This document shows, in pieces, positions 13,910 through 31,209 of a stretch of 64,000 nt of DNA. Position numbers and translations under genes: made by a program. The notes beneath the pieces were generated by a model. That model made no database searches. It saw only the letters and a program-made list of their open reading frames with translations, and had not been told where the DNA came from. Within the stretch, counting starts at the first letter, position 1. Every line of letters begins with the position of its first letter. Source of the stretch: Phyllobates terribilis (Eukaryota); NCBI RefSeq assembly GCF_046119375.1, contig NW_027362767.1:42160001-42224000 (forward strand). The letters run 5' to 3'.

Positions 13910-14346
13910 AGGGAATCTGTCCTCAATGTGTTTGCTGTCTAATCTGAGAGCAGTATAATGTAGAGAAAGATACCCAGATTCTGGCTATGTGTCACTTATT
14001 AGGCCGTGTGTTATAATTTCAACACAATCAGTGTTTTATCAGCAGGAAATTATCATTGCAGGACTTGGTATCACGTGCAAGGCAGTCCAGCTAATCTGTG
14101 TAACCCCGCCTCCACCACTGATTGGCAGTTTACAGTGTCCACATGAAGCTGCTAATCAAGGGTGTGGGCGGGGCTATACACAGCTCAGCATTCTGAGCAC
14201 TGCTACATCTAGAACAGAGAAAACAGGGATTCTATCAAAACTGCAGCAAGTAGCCCAGTAAATGACACATCTCTGGAATCAGGGTCTCAGCCCCTACATC
14301 ATGCTACTGTTAGATTACATAGTAAAAACCTGCTGATAGAGTCCCT
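13910..14346. mobile_element. Kolobok/T2-type MITE remnant
   Basis: Left AGGGAATCTGTC and right GATAGAGTCCCT followed by TTAA. Confidence 0.5.
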
Positions 14347-15589
14347 TTAAACTTAGTGGCATTCTTAAGGATGCAGTATGGCACTGTTGTTTGGCTAGTA
14401 TTATGGCGGTAGACGCCTTGCTTGCTTTGGTAGCTGAGGATTTAGCTTTAGGACATCAGGGTCCTACTACTTGTGATGATTTCTTATCCTCACGCCTTCG
14501 GTCCGTTATCTCCACTGTCATCAGTTTGCAAAAGCGACAAACTGTAATAAAGAGTCGGAGCCAAGAACGTGACCGGCAGCAGAAAGCGTCTCGAAACGAA
14601 ACAAGTGAGTGTGAGATATTGGAGCAGCGGCGGACGGATCCGGAGCTCCACCGAGGACAAGTCACCTCTCAGTCCTACAATGTAGTGGATCCTGACAGGA
14701 ACAGAAGCTCAGTGTGAACGTGTGCTGGCGTGGGGCCAGGGCCGCGGACGCTCCTCTGTTATTACATTCAGCTGCTCCTGATTATAATGAATCTAGAATT
14801 CGCCATAATTCCCGGTTCTGAATAAATCCTAAAACATTTAAAGGAGAAACATCAGAATTAGATTTTATAACCTTTAGGTCCACTTCAGAGCATTGTACAT
14901 CAGCGCTGATCACCGGGATCTCTCTATATGAGGCAATTAAGACTTTTTTTCTTGTTTTTTTCTTTTTGGTGCTCAAGTCCCACCTTCACCTCCCCCCACA
15001 CATGTTTTTGACCATGCCCCTTTAATGATGACCGTCATTCAGCCGTCAGCTTTTCATGTAAAGAAGTCGTACATATTAAAATTTATGGAGCAATCCACAT
15101 ATCTGTGTTATTTTGTGGACCGAGTGTCCATGCAGAAGCCTCGGAGACATGTCCGTTTTTATCTGCGTCACAGATTAAAATTACTCATACAAGTCTATGG
15201 GTCGGTGAACACCACGGACAGCACATGGCGTCCGTCACAATCTGTGTGCTGCCCAGGACTAACATTGCAAAGGACAGAAGATATTTGTAATTTATGTATT
15301 TATTTATCACTACGTGAAAATCACTGATGAAAAACTGACGAACCAAACACTGATGACGCGCGCAACAATTTTTTTGCATATGTGAAAAATCATGGACGTT
15401 TGAATGAGGCCTAAAATGTATCAGCGCTTATACTGTATATCGTTGGGGTTTGCACTTTTGTTCGATTAAAACATAAACAATCTTGTTCTTCATCCATAAC
15501 GGAAGCAATCAGCAAGATTAAAGGAAATTACATATAAGATAAGATCTGACATTACGATCCGCAGATGGCAGGATGTGTGTGTATATATA

Positions 15590-17226
<1,637 letters not shown>

Positions 17227-17289
17227 TATGTGTGTGTGAATATATATATATGTGTGTGTATTTATATATGTCTGTATATATATGTATGT

Positions 17290-19674
<2,385 letters not shown>

Positions 19675-21492
19675 GGCTAAGTGCCCACGATGCAGAAATG
19701 CTCCGGATTTTTCCTGAGCGTTTCTGCATCTCCCTGGCAGAAAAAACGCATGCTTATTTTACATGCGGATTTTACATGCGGATTGTACATGCGGATTGTA
19801 CATGCGTTTTTCCTGCCAGGGACAAGTGTAAGGCTATGTGCCCACGATGCAGAAATGAAGCAGAAAATTTCTGCAGCATTTCTGCATCTCCCTGGCAGAA
19901 AAAACGCATGCAGATTGTGCATGCGTTTTTCCTGCAGAATACATGCGGATCCACATGCGTTTCTGCATGCAGATTGACAAGCGCTTTCCAGGCGATAGCA
20001 TCACTTGGAAAGTGCTTGACAACTAGGTCACACTGTATAAATCCATGCAAACAGCATGGATTTATATAGTGTGAACCGTAAAAATGAAAACAAATAAAGC
20101 TATACTCACCCCCGAGGCCCCGGCGTGGCTGCAGCGCTGCTTCCTGGCTGGTTCCCGGCTGCCGGCATATCGCGAGACAGAGCGGTGAAGGGCCTGCGGT
20201 CACATGACTGTGACGTCACCGCTGGTCCTCAAGCGATGCCGGCATTCAGAGAGAAGACGCCGGACAGGTGAGTATAAACTTTATTTGTTATTTTATTCTT
20301 TTTTTACAGGTACAATGGTACCCAGGTCTGGATGAGAGTCTCCTCTCCTCCAGAACTGGGTACCATCCGCACATAGAGACGCATAGAAGCCGCTTGTAAA
20401 AATGTACAGTCGCGGTTTCTGTGCGTCTCAATGCAAGTCAATGGCGGGAGTTCCGCTGCGCTTCCGAAAAATTAAATGACATGCTGCGGATTTTTGTACG
20501 CAGCATAAACGCTGCGGAAAAATCTGCAGCATGTGCATAGAACATGCGGAATCCCCTTGGGGACCATGGGGTGCGGATTACCTAGCGTTTCACAAGCGTT
20601 TATACTGCGGAAATTCCGCAGCATAAACGCTTGAAAAACGCAACGTGGGCACTCAGCCTAAGTGAAGCGTTTTGATCATGCGATTTCGCATGCGGGTTGT
20701 TAAGCGCTTTCCAAGCGATTTTAGCATCACTTGGAAAGTGCTTGACAACTTGGTCACACTATATAAATCCATGCAACCGACATGAATTTTATATAGTGTG
20801 ACCAAGTTAGTTAAAAAAAGAATAAAAATGGTAAAACATAAAAAAAAAAACATATACTCACCTTCTGATGGCCCCCGATCTCCTTATCCAATGCGTCCGG
20901 TCTTCCTGGTGTCTCGCTGTTGTGTAAAAGGACCTTACATGACGTCATTTAGTCATGTGACAGGTCACGCGACCGCCAACGTCAGCTGTCGCGTGACCCG
21001 TCACATGATTAAATAACGTCATGGCAGGTCCTTTTAGACCATCGCGAGCTGCCGGGGAGCCAGGACGCATCGCTAAGGAGACCGGGGGCCATCAGAAGGT
21101 GAGTATAATGTATATTTTTTATTTTAGTTCTTTTTTTTTACAGGTACTATGGTACCCGGGTCCGGAGGGGAGTCTCCTCTTCTCCAGACCCGGGTACCAT
21201 CCGCACATTGAATCGCTTAATATCCGCATGTGCACATGTAGTGATGCGGATATTAAGCGATTCAATACAAGTCAATGGCGACGAAAACGCCGCGCTTCCG
21301 CAAAATAATTGGTAGTGCTGTGAATTTTTCCTCAATGATAATCCGCAGCGGAAATTTCCGCAGCATGTGCACAGCACATGCAGATTATCATTGGGGAACA
21401 TGGCAGACCTTCTACCAAGCATTTTGTTAGTGTTTCTGCAGCGGAATTGCCACTGCGGAAACGCTTAAAAAATGCACAGTGGACACACAGCC
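19675..21492. mobile_element. PIF/Harbinger-type MITE (outer)
   Basis: TAA-GGCTAAGTGCCCACG ... GTGGACACACAGCC-TTA termini; internal long inverted repeats (atactcacc...ggtgagtat). Confidence 0.7.
19832..20658. mobile_element. PIF/Harbinger-type MITE nested in a related MITE
   Basis: TIRs GGCTATGTGCCCACG / CGTGGGCACTCAGCC with TAA TSD on both sides (19829-31, 20659-61). Confidence 0.8.
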
Positions 21493-21541
21493 TTACAGTC
21501 AACTTTTTTTAATGTATGTAGTTCACAACAAAATCAAACTA

Positions 21542-23154
21542 CAGGTGCATCTCACTTAATTTGAATATCATCAAAAAGTTAATTTATTTCAGTTCTTCAA
21601 TACAAAAAGTGAAACTCATATTATATATAGAGTCATTACAGACAGAGTGATCTATTTCAAGTGTTTATTTCCTCCATACAGTATTATGGGCACCACATAG
21701 TCCTCCATACAGTATTATGGGTCCCATATAATGCTCCATACAGAATACTGGCCCCCATATAATGCTCCATACAGGATACTGACCCCTTATAATGCTCCAT
21801 ACAGGATACCGGCCCCTATATAACGCTCCATACATGATACTGGCCCCCATATAACACTCCATACAGGATACTGGTCCCCATATAATGCCCCATGCAGGCT
21901 ATGCCCCCCCACGCAGGCTGTCCCCCCCCCCCACACACACACACACATAATGCCCCATGCAACCTGGTCCCACCCCCACATAATGCCCCATGGAGGCTGT
22001 CCCCCCCCCACACACACATAATGCCCCATGCAAGCTGTCCCCCCCCCCCCCACATAATGCCCCATGCAGGATGTCACTCCCCCCCCCCCCCCCCCATATA
22101 ATGCCCCATGCAGGATGTCATTCCCCATGCATCCATACATAAAGAAAAAAAAAATCAAATACTCACCTCACTTCTCACCTGCTGCCGCTGCTCTGGACTC
22201 CTCACCTGCGCCCGCGTCTTCCCGCTCTCCACTGTGACTGCTCCGGAGAGGGCGCGGTGGAAAGACGTCACCGTGCCCTCTGACCTGAGATGTCACAGTC
22301 AGAGGACGGAGCTGCTGCAGAGGCACGGGGAGGGGTAAGTATTGTGCCGCCTGCCAGGGAGGGTGGGCGGGCGCCAGCACCGCACCGCTGTGGGCCCCCC
22401 AGCCTGCTCAGGGCCCGGCACTTGCCCGGGTGCTGACGCCGGACCTGCCTTGGACCACTGAGCCACAGTCCAGGTCTTCTTCTCCTTGGCCCAGGTAAGA
22501 CGCTTCTGGCGTTGTTTATTGGTCATGAGTGGCTCAACACAAGGAATGCGACACTTGTAGCCCATGTCCTGGATACGTCTGTGTGTGGTGGCTCTTGAAG
22601 CAATGACTCCAGCAGCAGTCCACTCCTTGTGAATCTCCTCCAAATTTTTGAATGGCCTTTTCTTAACAATCCTTTCAAGGCTGTGGTTATCCCGGTTGCT
22701 TGTGCACCTTTTTCTACCACACTTTTTCCTACCACTCAACTTTCCATTAATATGCTTGGATACAGCACTCTGTGAACAGCCAGATTATTTAGCAATGACC
22801 TTTTGTGGCTAACCCTCCTTGTGGAGTGTGTCAATGACTGCCTTCTGGACATCTGTCAAGTCAGCAGTCTTCCCCATGATTGTGGAGCCTACTGAAACAG
22901 ACTAAGGGACCTTTTTAAACGCTTAGTAAGCTTTTGCAGGTGTTTTTTGTTAATTATTCTAATTTACTGAGATAATGTCTTTTGTGTTTTCATTGGCTGT
23001 AAGCCATAATCATCGACGTTAATAGAAATAAACACTTGAAATAAATCACTCTGTTTGTAATGACTCTATATAATATAGGAGTTTCACTTTTTGTATTGAA
23101 GAACTGAAATAAATTAACTTTTTGATGATATTCTAATTTAGTGAGATGCACCTG
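21542..23154 (-). mobile_element. Tc1 element with internal deletion and hAT-MITE insertion
   Basis: TA TSDs, TIRs CAGGTGCATCTCAC...; only the transposase N-terminal part remains (GRKRCTSNRDNHSLERIVKK...RLTWAKEKK, 22448-22820). Confidence 0.88.
21671..22447. mobile_element. Partial hAT-type non-autonomous element (same family as 31381-33847)
   Basis: Right end ...TGACGCCGGACCTG; shares the cctccatacagtattatggg start, the 29-bp arrays and the atactcacctcacttc block with the copy at 31.5-33.8 kb. Confidence 0.7.
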
Positions 23155-23365
23155 TATATAACTAAGCACTTCCTGATCTCCGGGGTCTACATGCTGGAAA
23201 CCCACTAATCCTCACAGTGGAGGGACCCTAGTGCTTCGGCTCTGTACATTGGCTCCTGTTACTGAAATGTAGTTTTTTTTCACGGGACGTGTTTCTGCGC
23301 AGAGGAACAGCCTAAAGGGCTTTGATACTTCTTTCTCTGGATCTGCAGGGTCCACAACACTATAA

Positions 23366-23736
23366 GGGTATGTGCTCACGGTCAGAAGCCGCCTGCGGCC
23401 CCAACGCTACAGAACAGCCGAGCGGCTTCCACCCTCATTATGCAAATGAGCGGCGCCATTCATTTTGTTTTCACATGCGGACTTTCCTCATTGATGTTAG
23501 TCTATGGGGAAAGTCCACATGTGAACCTGCAAGAGAAATTGACATGCTGCAGGTCTGAAAGACACGCCACATGTCAGTTTCCGCGGGTGATCCGCAGGTG
23601 CACGAGGACGCATAGTGGACATGGGATTTCTAGAAATCCCATCCATTATGCTGTAACATCTGGACGCTGTGGGTCTAACGCTGCATAAACACGCAGCTTC
23701 AAACCCGCAGCGGCTCCAGACCATGGGCACATACCC
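23366..23736. mobile_element. Harbinger-type MITE
   Basis: TIRs GGGTATGTGCTCACGGTC / GACCATGGGCACATACCC (2 mismatches), preceded by TAA. Confidence 0.7.
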
Positions 23737-26559
23737 ATAGGGGATCCGTCCACATGGATTCTTATGATTTTTGGGAAGGATGGCCTTTTGACACCCGTTA
23801 CGTTGTTGTTTTTTCCAATGACTGCTTGTAATTGCAGATTTCTTTGGGACCCTTAATTAATGGAAGGGATCTCTTTTCCTCTTGCGAAAATAGAGGCGTG
23901 AATATCAAGTGGATTGCATGCCTCGTATCACATGTCCAGCACATTTGTGCCCCTATTAATAGCCGCTGCGGCATTGCAGTACAATGAGTGTGAGCAGGTT
24001 GTGAATTGGAAAGGAAATGGGCCGTGCCGCGTGGCCGGGAGACCGCACAGGGCGTTCTTACTTCTTTCTTCTACTATTCTTACTTTCAGGTTGATTTCTG
24101 CTCTCCTGCAGCCAAAGCTGATGGATGATTGCTGCTCTTCAAGGGCCCATAAACCATTAATAGGAAACCGAACAGGGTCAGTTGGCCCTCGATAAGAAAT
24201 GATGAAAAAATACATTTATTTGTTGCAACTATCTAGTATTGGATGTGGGCTGCCATGTGGTCGGTTATGTTCTGATTTTATGCAGCAGTTGTATATTAAT
24301 CTATTATAGTTGCCAACATTTCTGGGGATATTTAAATCCCACGTCTGCCCCAAATTGCCCACTTTTGGCAGGGTTATCATCAACTACATTTTGGCCAATG
24401 AGTCTCGGGACAGTTGGAAAATATGTATCAGTTCAGGTAGTTTGGATTATAGAGAACTGATTAGACTGGATACAACTGTAGCAAACCTTCTGCTGTGAGA
24501 AGTATCAGTTCTCTGATTCTCGTCCTGTTGTGAGGCTCTGGATGTCTCTATTCACTGACTGCAATCCTGTATCCTAACAATTGTGAAGAACTGCTTTATT
24601 ACATTTTGGATACTTTTTGCATCCATTTAATAAAAAAAATAAAAAGAATGATACAACTCTGCAAATCATCTAGATAAAAAAAAAAATCCTACTGCTTTGT
24701 GTATACAGCTCCTGTGCTGAGCTATATGTCTCCATGGTTACAGACTACGTTCCTGTCTGTGGTCAGATCTGGCAGGGGGGGGGGGGGCAGAAGGAGATAA
24801 CTACAGGGTCAGACGGCACACTGGGTTTCTTTGTAGTCTGTAACCATGAAGACGCATGGATCTGCATGGGAGCTGCATGCACAAAACAGAAGGAGAATTT
24901 TAATCAAACCTGTTTACAAACGCGTTTCAGTTTTTTATTTTCAATGCATTGGGGCAATAAATAAATGTAAAGTATTCACACGCCTTATTAAGATAAAAGC
25001 TGGAGATCTTGTCCTGGCTTTGCTGTATCTTGCTCTGGTCTCAACTTCCTGTAGATTGTGTCAGTGCCGTCCATTCGGACATCTGCTGGAGAATGAGACA
25101 GTAATCATGGACAGAGCTGTGCTTCTCGGACGGCCGCCCCATGATTGCGGCTTTATCAGAATCACAGCCATTCACTTGCATGTAATAAGCTTTTAATTAT
25201 AGCAGTGAGAAAGGCGAGAGGATGCCAGCTGCACTTCTGCGAGTTCGCTCCTGGCAGCCGGCAGCAGAACTTAACAACTCCGCCATGATGTTTTCATTGC
25301 ACTTTTTCCCACCAGACAGATATTATTTTAGTATTAATAATTAACACCCCCATAAAATCCCAATAAATACAAGTCATGTATAGAGTGTACGCCCCCATCG
25401 TAAAGGAAAGGAATCACAAATTGTGACCCCCCAAAATGAATACAGACCAGATCCTCTAATCAAAAAAGACCCTGATCCAGGCCCTCTAAGCAAAACCTCT
25501 AAACTATAGACCTCCTAAAATAATACAGACCCTAGACCAGTGTCTCCCTAGACAAATATAGATCTCAGACCAGACCCCCAAGAACAACACAGTCCCAGAT
25601 CAAACTCAAAATAAAATTTAGACCCCCAAGACAGGCCCTGTAAACATATACAGAACTAAACTAGGACCTCTAAACTAAAAAAGACCCCTAGCCCAGACCC
25701 CCAGATGAGATCCCCTAAACAAATACAGACCCCCAGACCAGATCCCCTAAAATAATACAGACACTCTCTGAGCTAAAACAGACCCTGTAAACTAATAGAG
25801 ACACCAAAAAAGACCCAGCAAACAAATAGTGGCACCAGGCCAAAGCCCCTAAACAAATGCAGACCCCAGACCAGACCCCAGAGTCATTTACAGTCCAGTT
25901 AGTAAGTATGGCTGCTACATGGGTTGTCACACAGCTTTTCTGTATCCTGAATGGCAAATGTGTCTACTTACTGTATGCTGTAATATTGAAGCAGGGAAAT
26001 GTATTACTGCACATCTTACTACCGTGCAGGTCAGGAGACGCTGGCTGCAGACCAACATGGAGGTTATTAAAGGACTTGATGTTTTTAATTTGACCAAGAG
26101 GCTTTATGATGGAAGGAAACCTCGCTCCAAACCCACATGGGCGCAGCTACTGCAGCCATATTGGTTGTCATTCAGCTTTTCCAAGAAATTGATAGAAGAA
26201 TTAACAGCTTGACAGAACAGGTTAATAAAAGACTAGAAACAGCGCCCCCACGGCTCTGAAGGACTCGACGTGTCTGCACATTATGTGCACTGTTCATTAA
26301 TTTTAATGCAAACTGTGTAATGCTTCATTTCCCCTGTGGGGGAGCTGCAGGGAAATTGAACACTAGATTCCCCTACTGCTGATTGGCTGGAGTCCAGCAG
26401 TGAGATTTTTGGAGATTTCTTCTAATAATTTGGGTTCTCTAAAGCAAGAACCCCCTATATCATATTTGTACATTTATGATGTGATAAAACACGGCAAGAA
26501 CATACAAATAACTCCATGTAGGAGGACCCCAGTGATCCCACTGTAACCACTGATGATGG

Positions 26560-26854
26560 GTCTGTTTCCCACCCCTGAAGGAGTTAATGCTTTATTTATC
26601 TTCTGAGGTCCCACGTGAGCGATATGAGCACGTTGTTTCGGTTCTTGCACCATAAGCGGTGCACATCCTGCTCGGGCGGCTTTTGGTAGAACATCCTTTT
26701 CCTGTATGTTCTCTCATGTAGTTCTGTCTGCATACAAGCAAGTGTTCCCAAAAATCAAAGTATTCAACCAGAGGGTCTGTCATGTAAGCTGAGCAGCGGG
26801 GGGTCCGGCCGGCACCTAGGTTCTCATCGCTCCTTTGGTTTTTGCTCTGTCGCC
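26560..26854 (+). promoter_or_regulatory. Probable promoter / 5'UTR of EVL exon 1
   Basis: Unique, CpG-containing sequence directly upstream of the ATG, with a CCACCCC (Sp/KLF-like) motif and an E-box CACGTG at 26612-26617. The TSS cannot be determined from sequence. Confidence 0.45.
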
Positions 26855-26865
26855 ATGGCATCTAG
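26855..26865 (+). CDS. EVL: EVL coding exon 1 (ATG GCA TCT AG; M-A-S-S, phase 2)
   Basis: Strong Kozak gtcgccATGG, then 11 coding nt and a consensus donor AG|GTAAGA. Phase 2 joins exon 2 (AG+T = Ser) to give MASSEQSIC, matching the known vertebrate EVL N-terminus MATSEQSIC, which is likewise encoded by a tiny first exon. Confidence 0.85.
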
Positions 26866-27183
26866 GTAAGAGCATTCACCGGGAACCTGCCCATGTTACT
26901 GGTATGGCATAGGCATCACTTTCCTCTAGTGGAGCACAACCTGGGGCTGCAGCACTACAACTCCCTGCATGCTGTTAGATGATGGCAGTCCACACATTCA
27001 TAGGGTAAGATCTCTCTGGTGGTGACAGGTGCTTATAAGATAAAAATATTGTTAGATTAATTACTAATCATTTAATTAATAACTGAATATCCACAATATG
27101 TGGTTGACAAAGATTGTGCCCTTTGGGAATAAATATACATAGAGTACGTCCACCTTTTCACTATAAGTTAAAATCTCCAAAGA

Positions 27184-29690
27184 CAATCACCGTATACATA
27201 CATTACATTACTTATCCTGTATTATCTTCCAGAGCTGCACTCACTATTCTGCTGGTGCAGTCACTGTGTACATACATTACATTACTTATCCTGTACTGAT
27301 CCTGAGTTACCTCCGGTATTATACTCCAGAGCTGCACTCCCTATTCTGCTGGTGCAGTCACTGTGTACATACATTACATTACTGATCCTGAGTTACATCC
27401 TGTATTATACTCCAGAGCTGCACTCACTATTCTGCTGGTGCAGTCACTGTGTACATACATTACATTACTGATCCTGAGTTACATCTTGTATTATACTCCA
27501 GAGCTGCACTCACTATTCTGCTGGTGCAGTCACTGTGTACATACATTACATTACTGATCCTGAGTTACATCTTGTATTATACTCCAGAGCTGCACTCACT
27601 ATTCTGCTGGTGCAGTCACTGTGTACATACATTACATTACTGATCTTGAGTTACATCTTGTATTATACTCCAGAGCTGCACTCACTATTCTGCTTGTGCA
27701 ATCACCGTGTACATACATTACGTTACTGATCCTGTACTGATCTAGAGTTACATCCTGTATTATACTCCAGAGCTGCACTCACTATTCTGCTGGTGCAGTC
27801 ACTGTGTACATACATTACATTACTGATCCTGAGTTACATCTTGTATTATACTCCAGAGCTGCACTCACTATTCTGCTTGTGCAATCACCGTGTACATACA
27901 TTACGTTACTGATCCTGTACTGATCTAGAGTTACATCCTGTATTATACTCCAGAGCTGCACTCACTATTCTGCTGGTGCAGTCACTGTGTACATACATTA
28001 CATTACTGATCCTGTACTGATCCTGAGTTACATCCTGTATTATACTCCAGAGCTGCACTCATTATTCTGCTGGTGCAGTCACTGTGTACATACATTACAT
28101 TACTGATCCTGAGTTACATCCTGTATTATACTCCAGAGCTGCACTCACTATTCTGCTGGTGCAGTCACTGTGTACATACATTACATTACTGATCCGGAGT
28201 TACATCCTGTATTATACTGCAGAGCTGCACTCACTATTCTGCTGGTGCAGTCACTGTGTACATACATTACATTACTGATCCTGAGTTACATCCTGTATTA
28301 TACTCCATAGCTGCACTCACTATTCTGCTGGTGCAGTCACTGTGTACATACATTACATTACTGATTCTGTACTGATCCTGAGTTACCTCCTGTATTATTC
28401 TCCAGAGCTGCACTCACTATTCTGCTGGTGCAGTCACTGTATACATACATTACATTACTGACCCTGAGTTACATCCTGTATTATACCCCAGAGCTGCACT
28501 TCCTATTCTGCTGGTGCAGTCACTGTGTACATACATTACATTACTGATTCTGTACTGATCCTGAGTTACATCCTGTATTATACTGCAGAGCTGCACTCAC
28601 TATTCTGCTGGTGCAGTCACTGTGTACATACATTACATTACTGATCCTGTACTGATCCTGAGTTACATCCTGTATTATTCTCCAGAGCTGCACTTCCTAT
28701 TCTGCTGGTGCAGTCACTGTGTACATACATTACATTACTGATTCTGTACTGATCCTGAGTTACATCCTGTATTATACTGCAGAGCTGCACTCACTATTCT
28801 GCTGGTGCAGTCACTGTGTACATACATTACATTACTGATCCTGTACTGATCCTGAGTTACATCCTGTATTATACTCCAGAGCTGCACTCACTATTCTGCT
28901 GGTGCTGTCACTGTGTACATACATTACATTACTGATCCTGTACTGATCCTGAGTTACATCCTGTATTATACTCCAGAGCTGCACTCACTATTCTGCTGGT
29001 GCAGTCACTGTGTACATACATTACATTACTGATCCTGTACTGATCCTGAGTTACATCCTGTATTATACTCCAGAGCTGCACTCACTATTCTGCTGGTGCA
29101 GTCACTGTGTACATACATTACATTACTGATCCGGAGTTACATCCTGTATTATTCTCCAGAGCTGCACTCACTATTCTGCTGGTGCTGTCACTGTGTACAT
29201 TCATTACATTACTGATCCTGTACTGATCCTAAGTTACCTCCTGTATTATACTCCAGAGCTGCACTCACTATTCTGCTGGTGCAGTCACTGTGTACATGCA
29301 TTACATTACTGATCCTGAGTTACCTCCTGTATTATACTCCAGAGCTGCACTCACTATTCTGCTGGTGCAATCACTGTGTACATACATTACATTACATTAC
29401 TGATCCTGAGTTACCTCCTGTATTACACTCCAGAGCTGCACTCACTATTCTGCTGGTGCAGTCACTGTGTACATACATTACATTACTGATCCTGAGTTAC
29501 ATCCTGTATTATACTCCAGAGCAGCACTCACTATTCTGCTGGTGCAGTCACTGTGTACATACATTACATTACTGATCCAGTACTGATCCTGAGTTACCTC
29601 CTGTATTATACTCCAGAGCTGCACTCACTATTCTGCTGGTGCAGTCACTGTGTACATACATTACAGTACTGATCCTGTACTGAGCTGCAC
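27184..29690 (+). repeat. 86-bp minisatellite array A (with 96-bp variants)
   Basis: Unit gttacatcctgtattatactccagagctgcactcactattctgctggtgcagtcactgtgtacatacattacattactgatcctga, roughly 27 copies. Many units carry a 10-bp internal duplication (tcctgtactga). Confidence 0.97.
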
Positions 29691-31209
29691 TCTTAAAGAT
29701 CCATCTGGAGCACAACCCTTTCGGTAGATCAGATCTGTATTAAGCCAGTAAATGTTATGCACTTTAAGCAATACACAATATATATGCATTGTTTTTTAGT
29801 TCTTTTTCTAAACTTTTTCAAAATGTAAATGATATGTGAACTGTAAATACTAAAATATAAAATAACTAAAAGTTTATTATGGAAAATATGACAATGTTAA
29901 CATTCAGGTTTAGGACAGGAACTGCGGTTTGTGACACTGGTTAAGAAGCTGCATCAGTTCTGCTGAGAAGGTGCCGAGGTCTTGGTTTGTCGGTTATGTC
30001 AGTGAGAAGAAAATACTGAGAATATTACATAGTTGTCAAAGTTTGAGTAAGAATCATATTGTGGTTGTTACCTAGTTCCTTACAAGTCTGAATTATCGGT
30101 TTACCATTTTAAAATACATCATAAATGCCATTCCTGCTAATATGTCACTCATTATTATAGCGATTATTTATACACAGAAGCAGTATTATAGTAGTTATAT
30201 TCTTGTACATGGGGGCAGTATTATAGTAGTTATATTCTTGTACATAGGGGGCAGTATTATAGTAGTTATATTCTTGTACATAGGGGGCAGTATTATAGTA
30301 GTTATATTCTTGTACATAGGGGACAGTATTATGTTAGTTATATTCTTGTACATAGGGGGCAGTATTATAGTAGTTATATTCTTGTACATAGGAGCAGTAT
30401 TATAGTAGTTATATTCTTGTACATAGGGGGCAGTATTATAGTAGTTATATTCTTGTACATAGGGGACAGTATTATAGTAGTTATATTCTTGTACATAGGG
30501 GGCAGTATTATAGTAGTTATATTCTTGTACATAGGAGCAGTATTATAGTAGTTATATTCTTGTACATAGGGGGCAGTATTATAGTAGTTATATTCTTGTA
30601 CATAGGGGGCAGTATTATAGTAGTTATATTCTTGCACATAGGGGGCAGTATTATAGTAGTTATATTCTTGTACATAGGAGCAGTATTATAGTAGTTATAT
30701 TCTTGTACATAGGAGCAGCATTATAGTAGTTATATTCTTGTACATAGGGGGCAGTATTATAGTAGTTATATTCTTGTACATAGGGGGCAGTATTACAGTA
30801 GTTATATTCTTGTACATAGGGAGCAGTATTATAGTAGTTCTAATCTTGTATATAGGGGGCAGTATTATAGTAGTTATATTCTTGTACATAGGGGCAGTAT
30901 TATAGTAGTTATATTCTTGTACATAGGGGCAGTATTATAGTAGTTATATTCTTGTACATAGGGGCAGTATTATAGTAGTTATATTCTTGTACATAGGGGC
31001 AGTATTATAGTAGTTATATTCTTGTACATAGGAGCAGTATTATAGTAGTTATATTCTTGTACATAGGGGCAGTATTATAGTAGTTATATTCTTGTACATA
31101 GGGGGCAGTATTATAGGAGTTATATTCTTGTACATAGGAGCAGTATTACAGTAGTTATATTCTTGTACATAGGGACAGTATTATCATAGTTATATTCTTG
31201 TACATAGAG

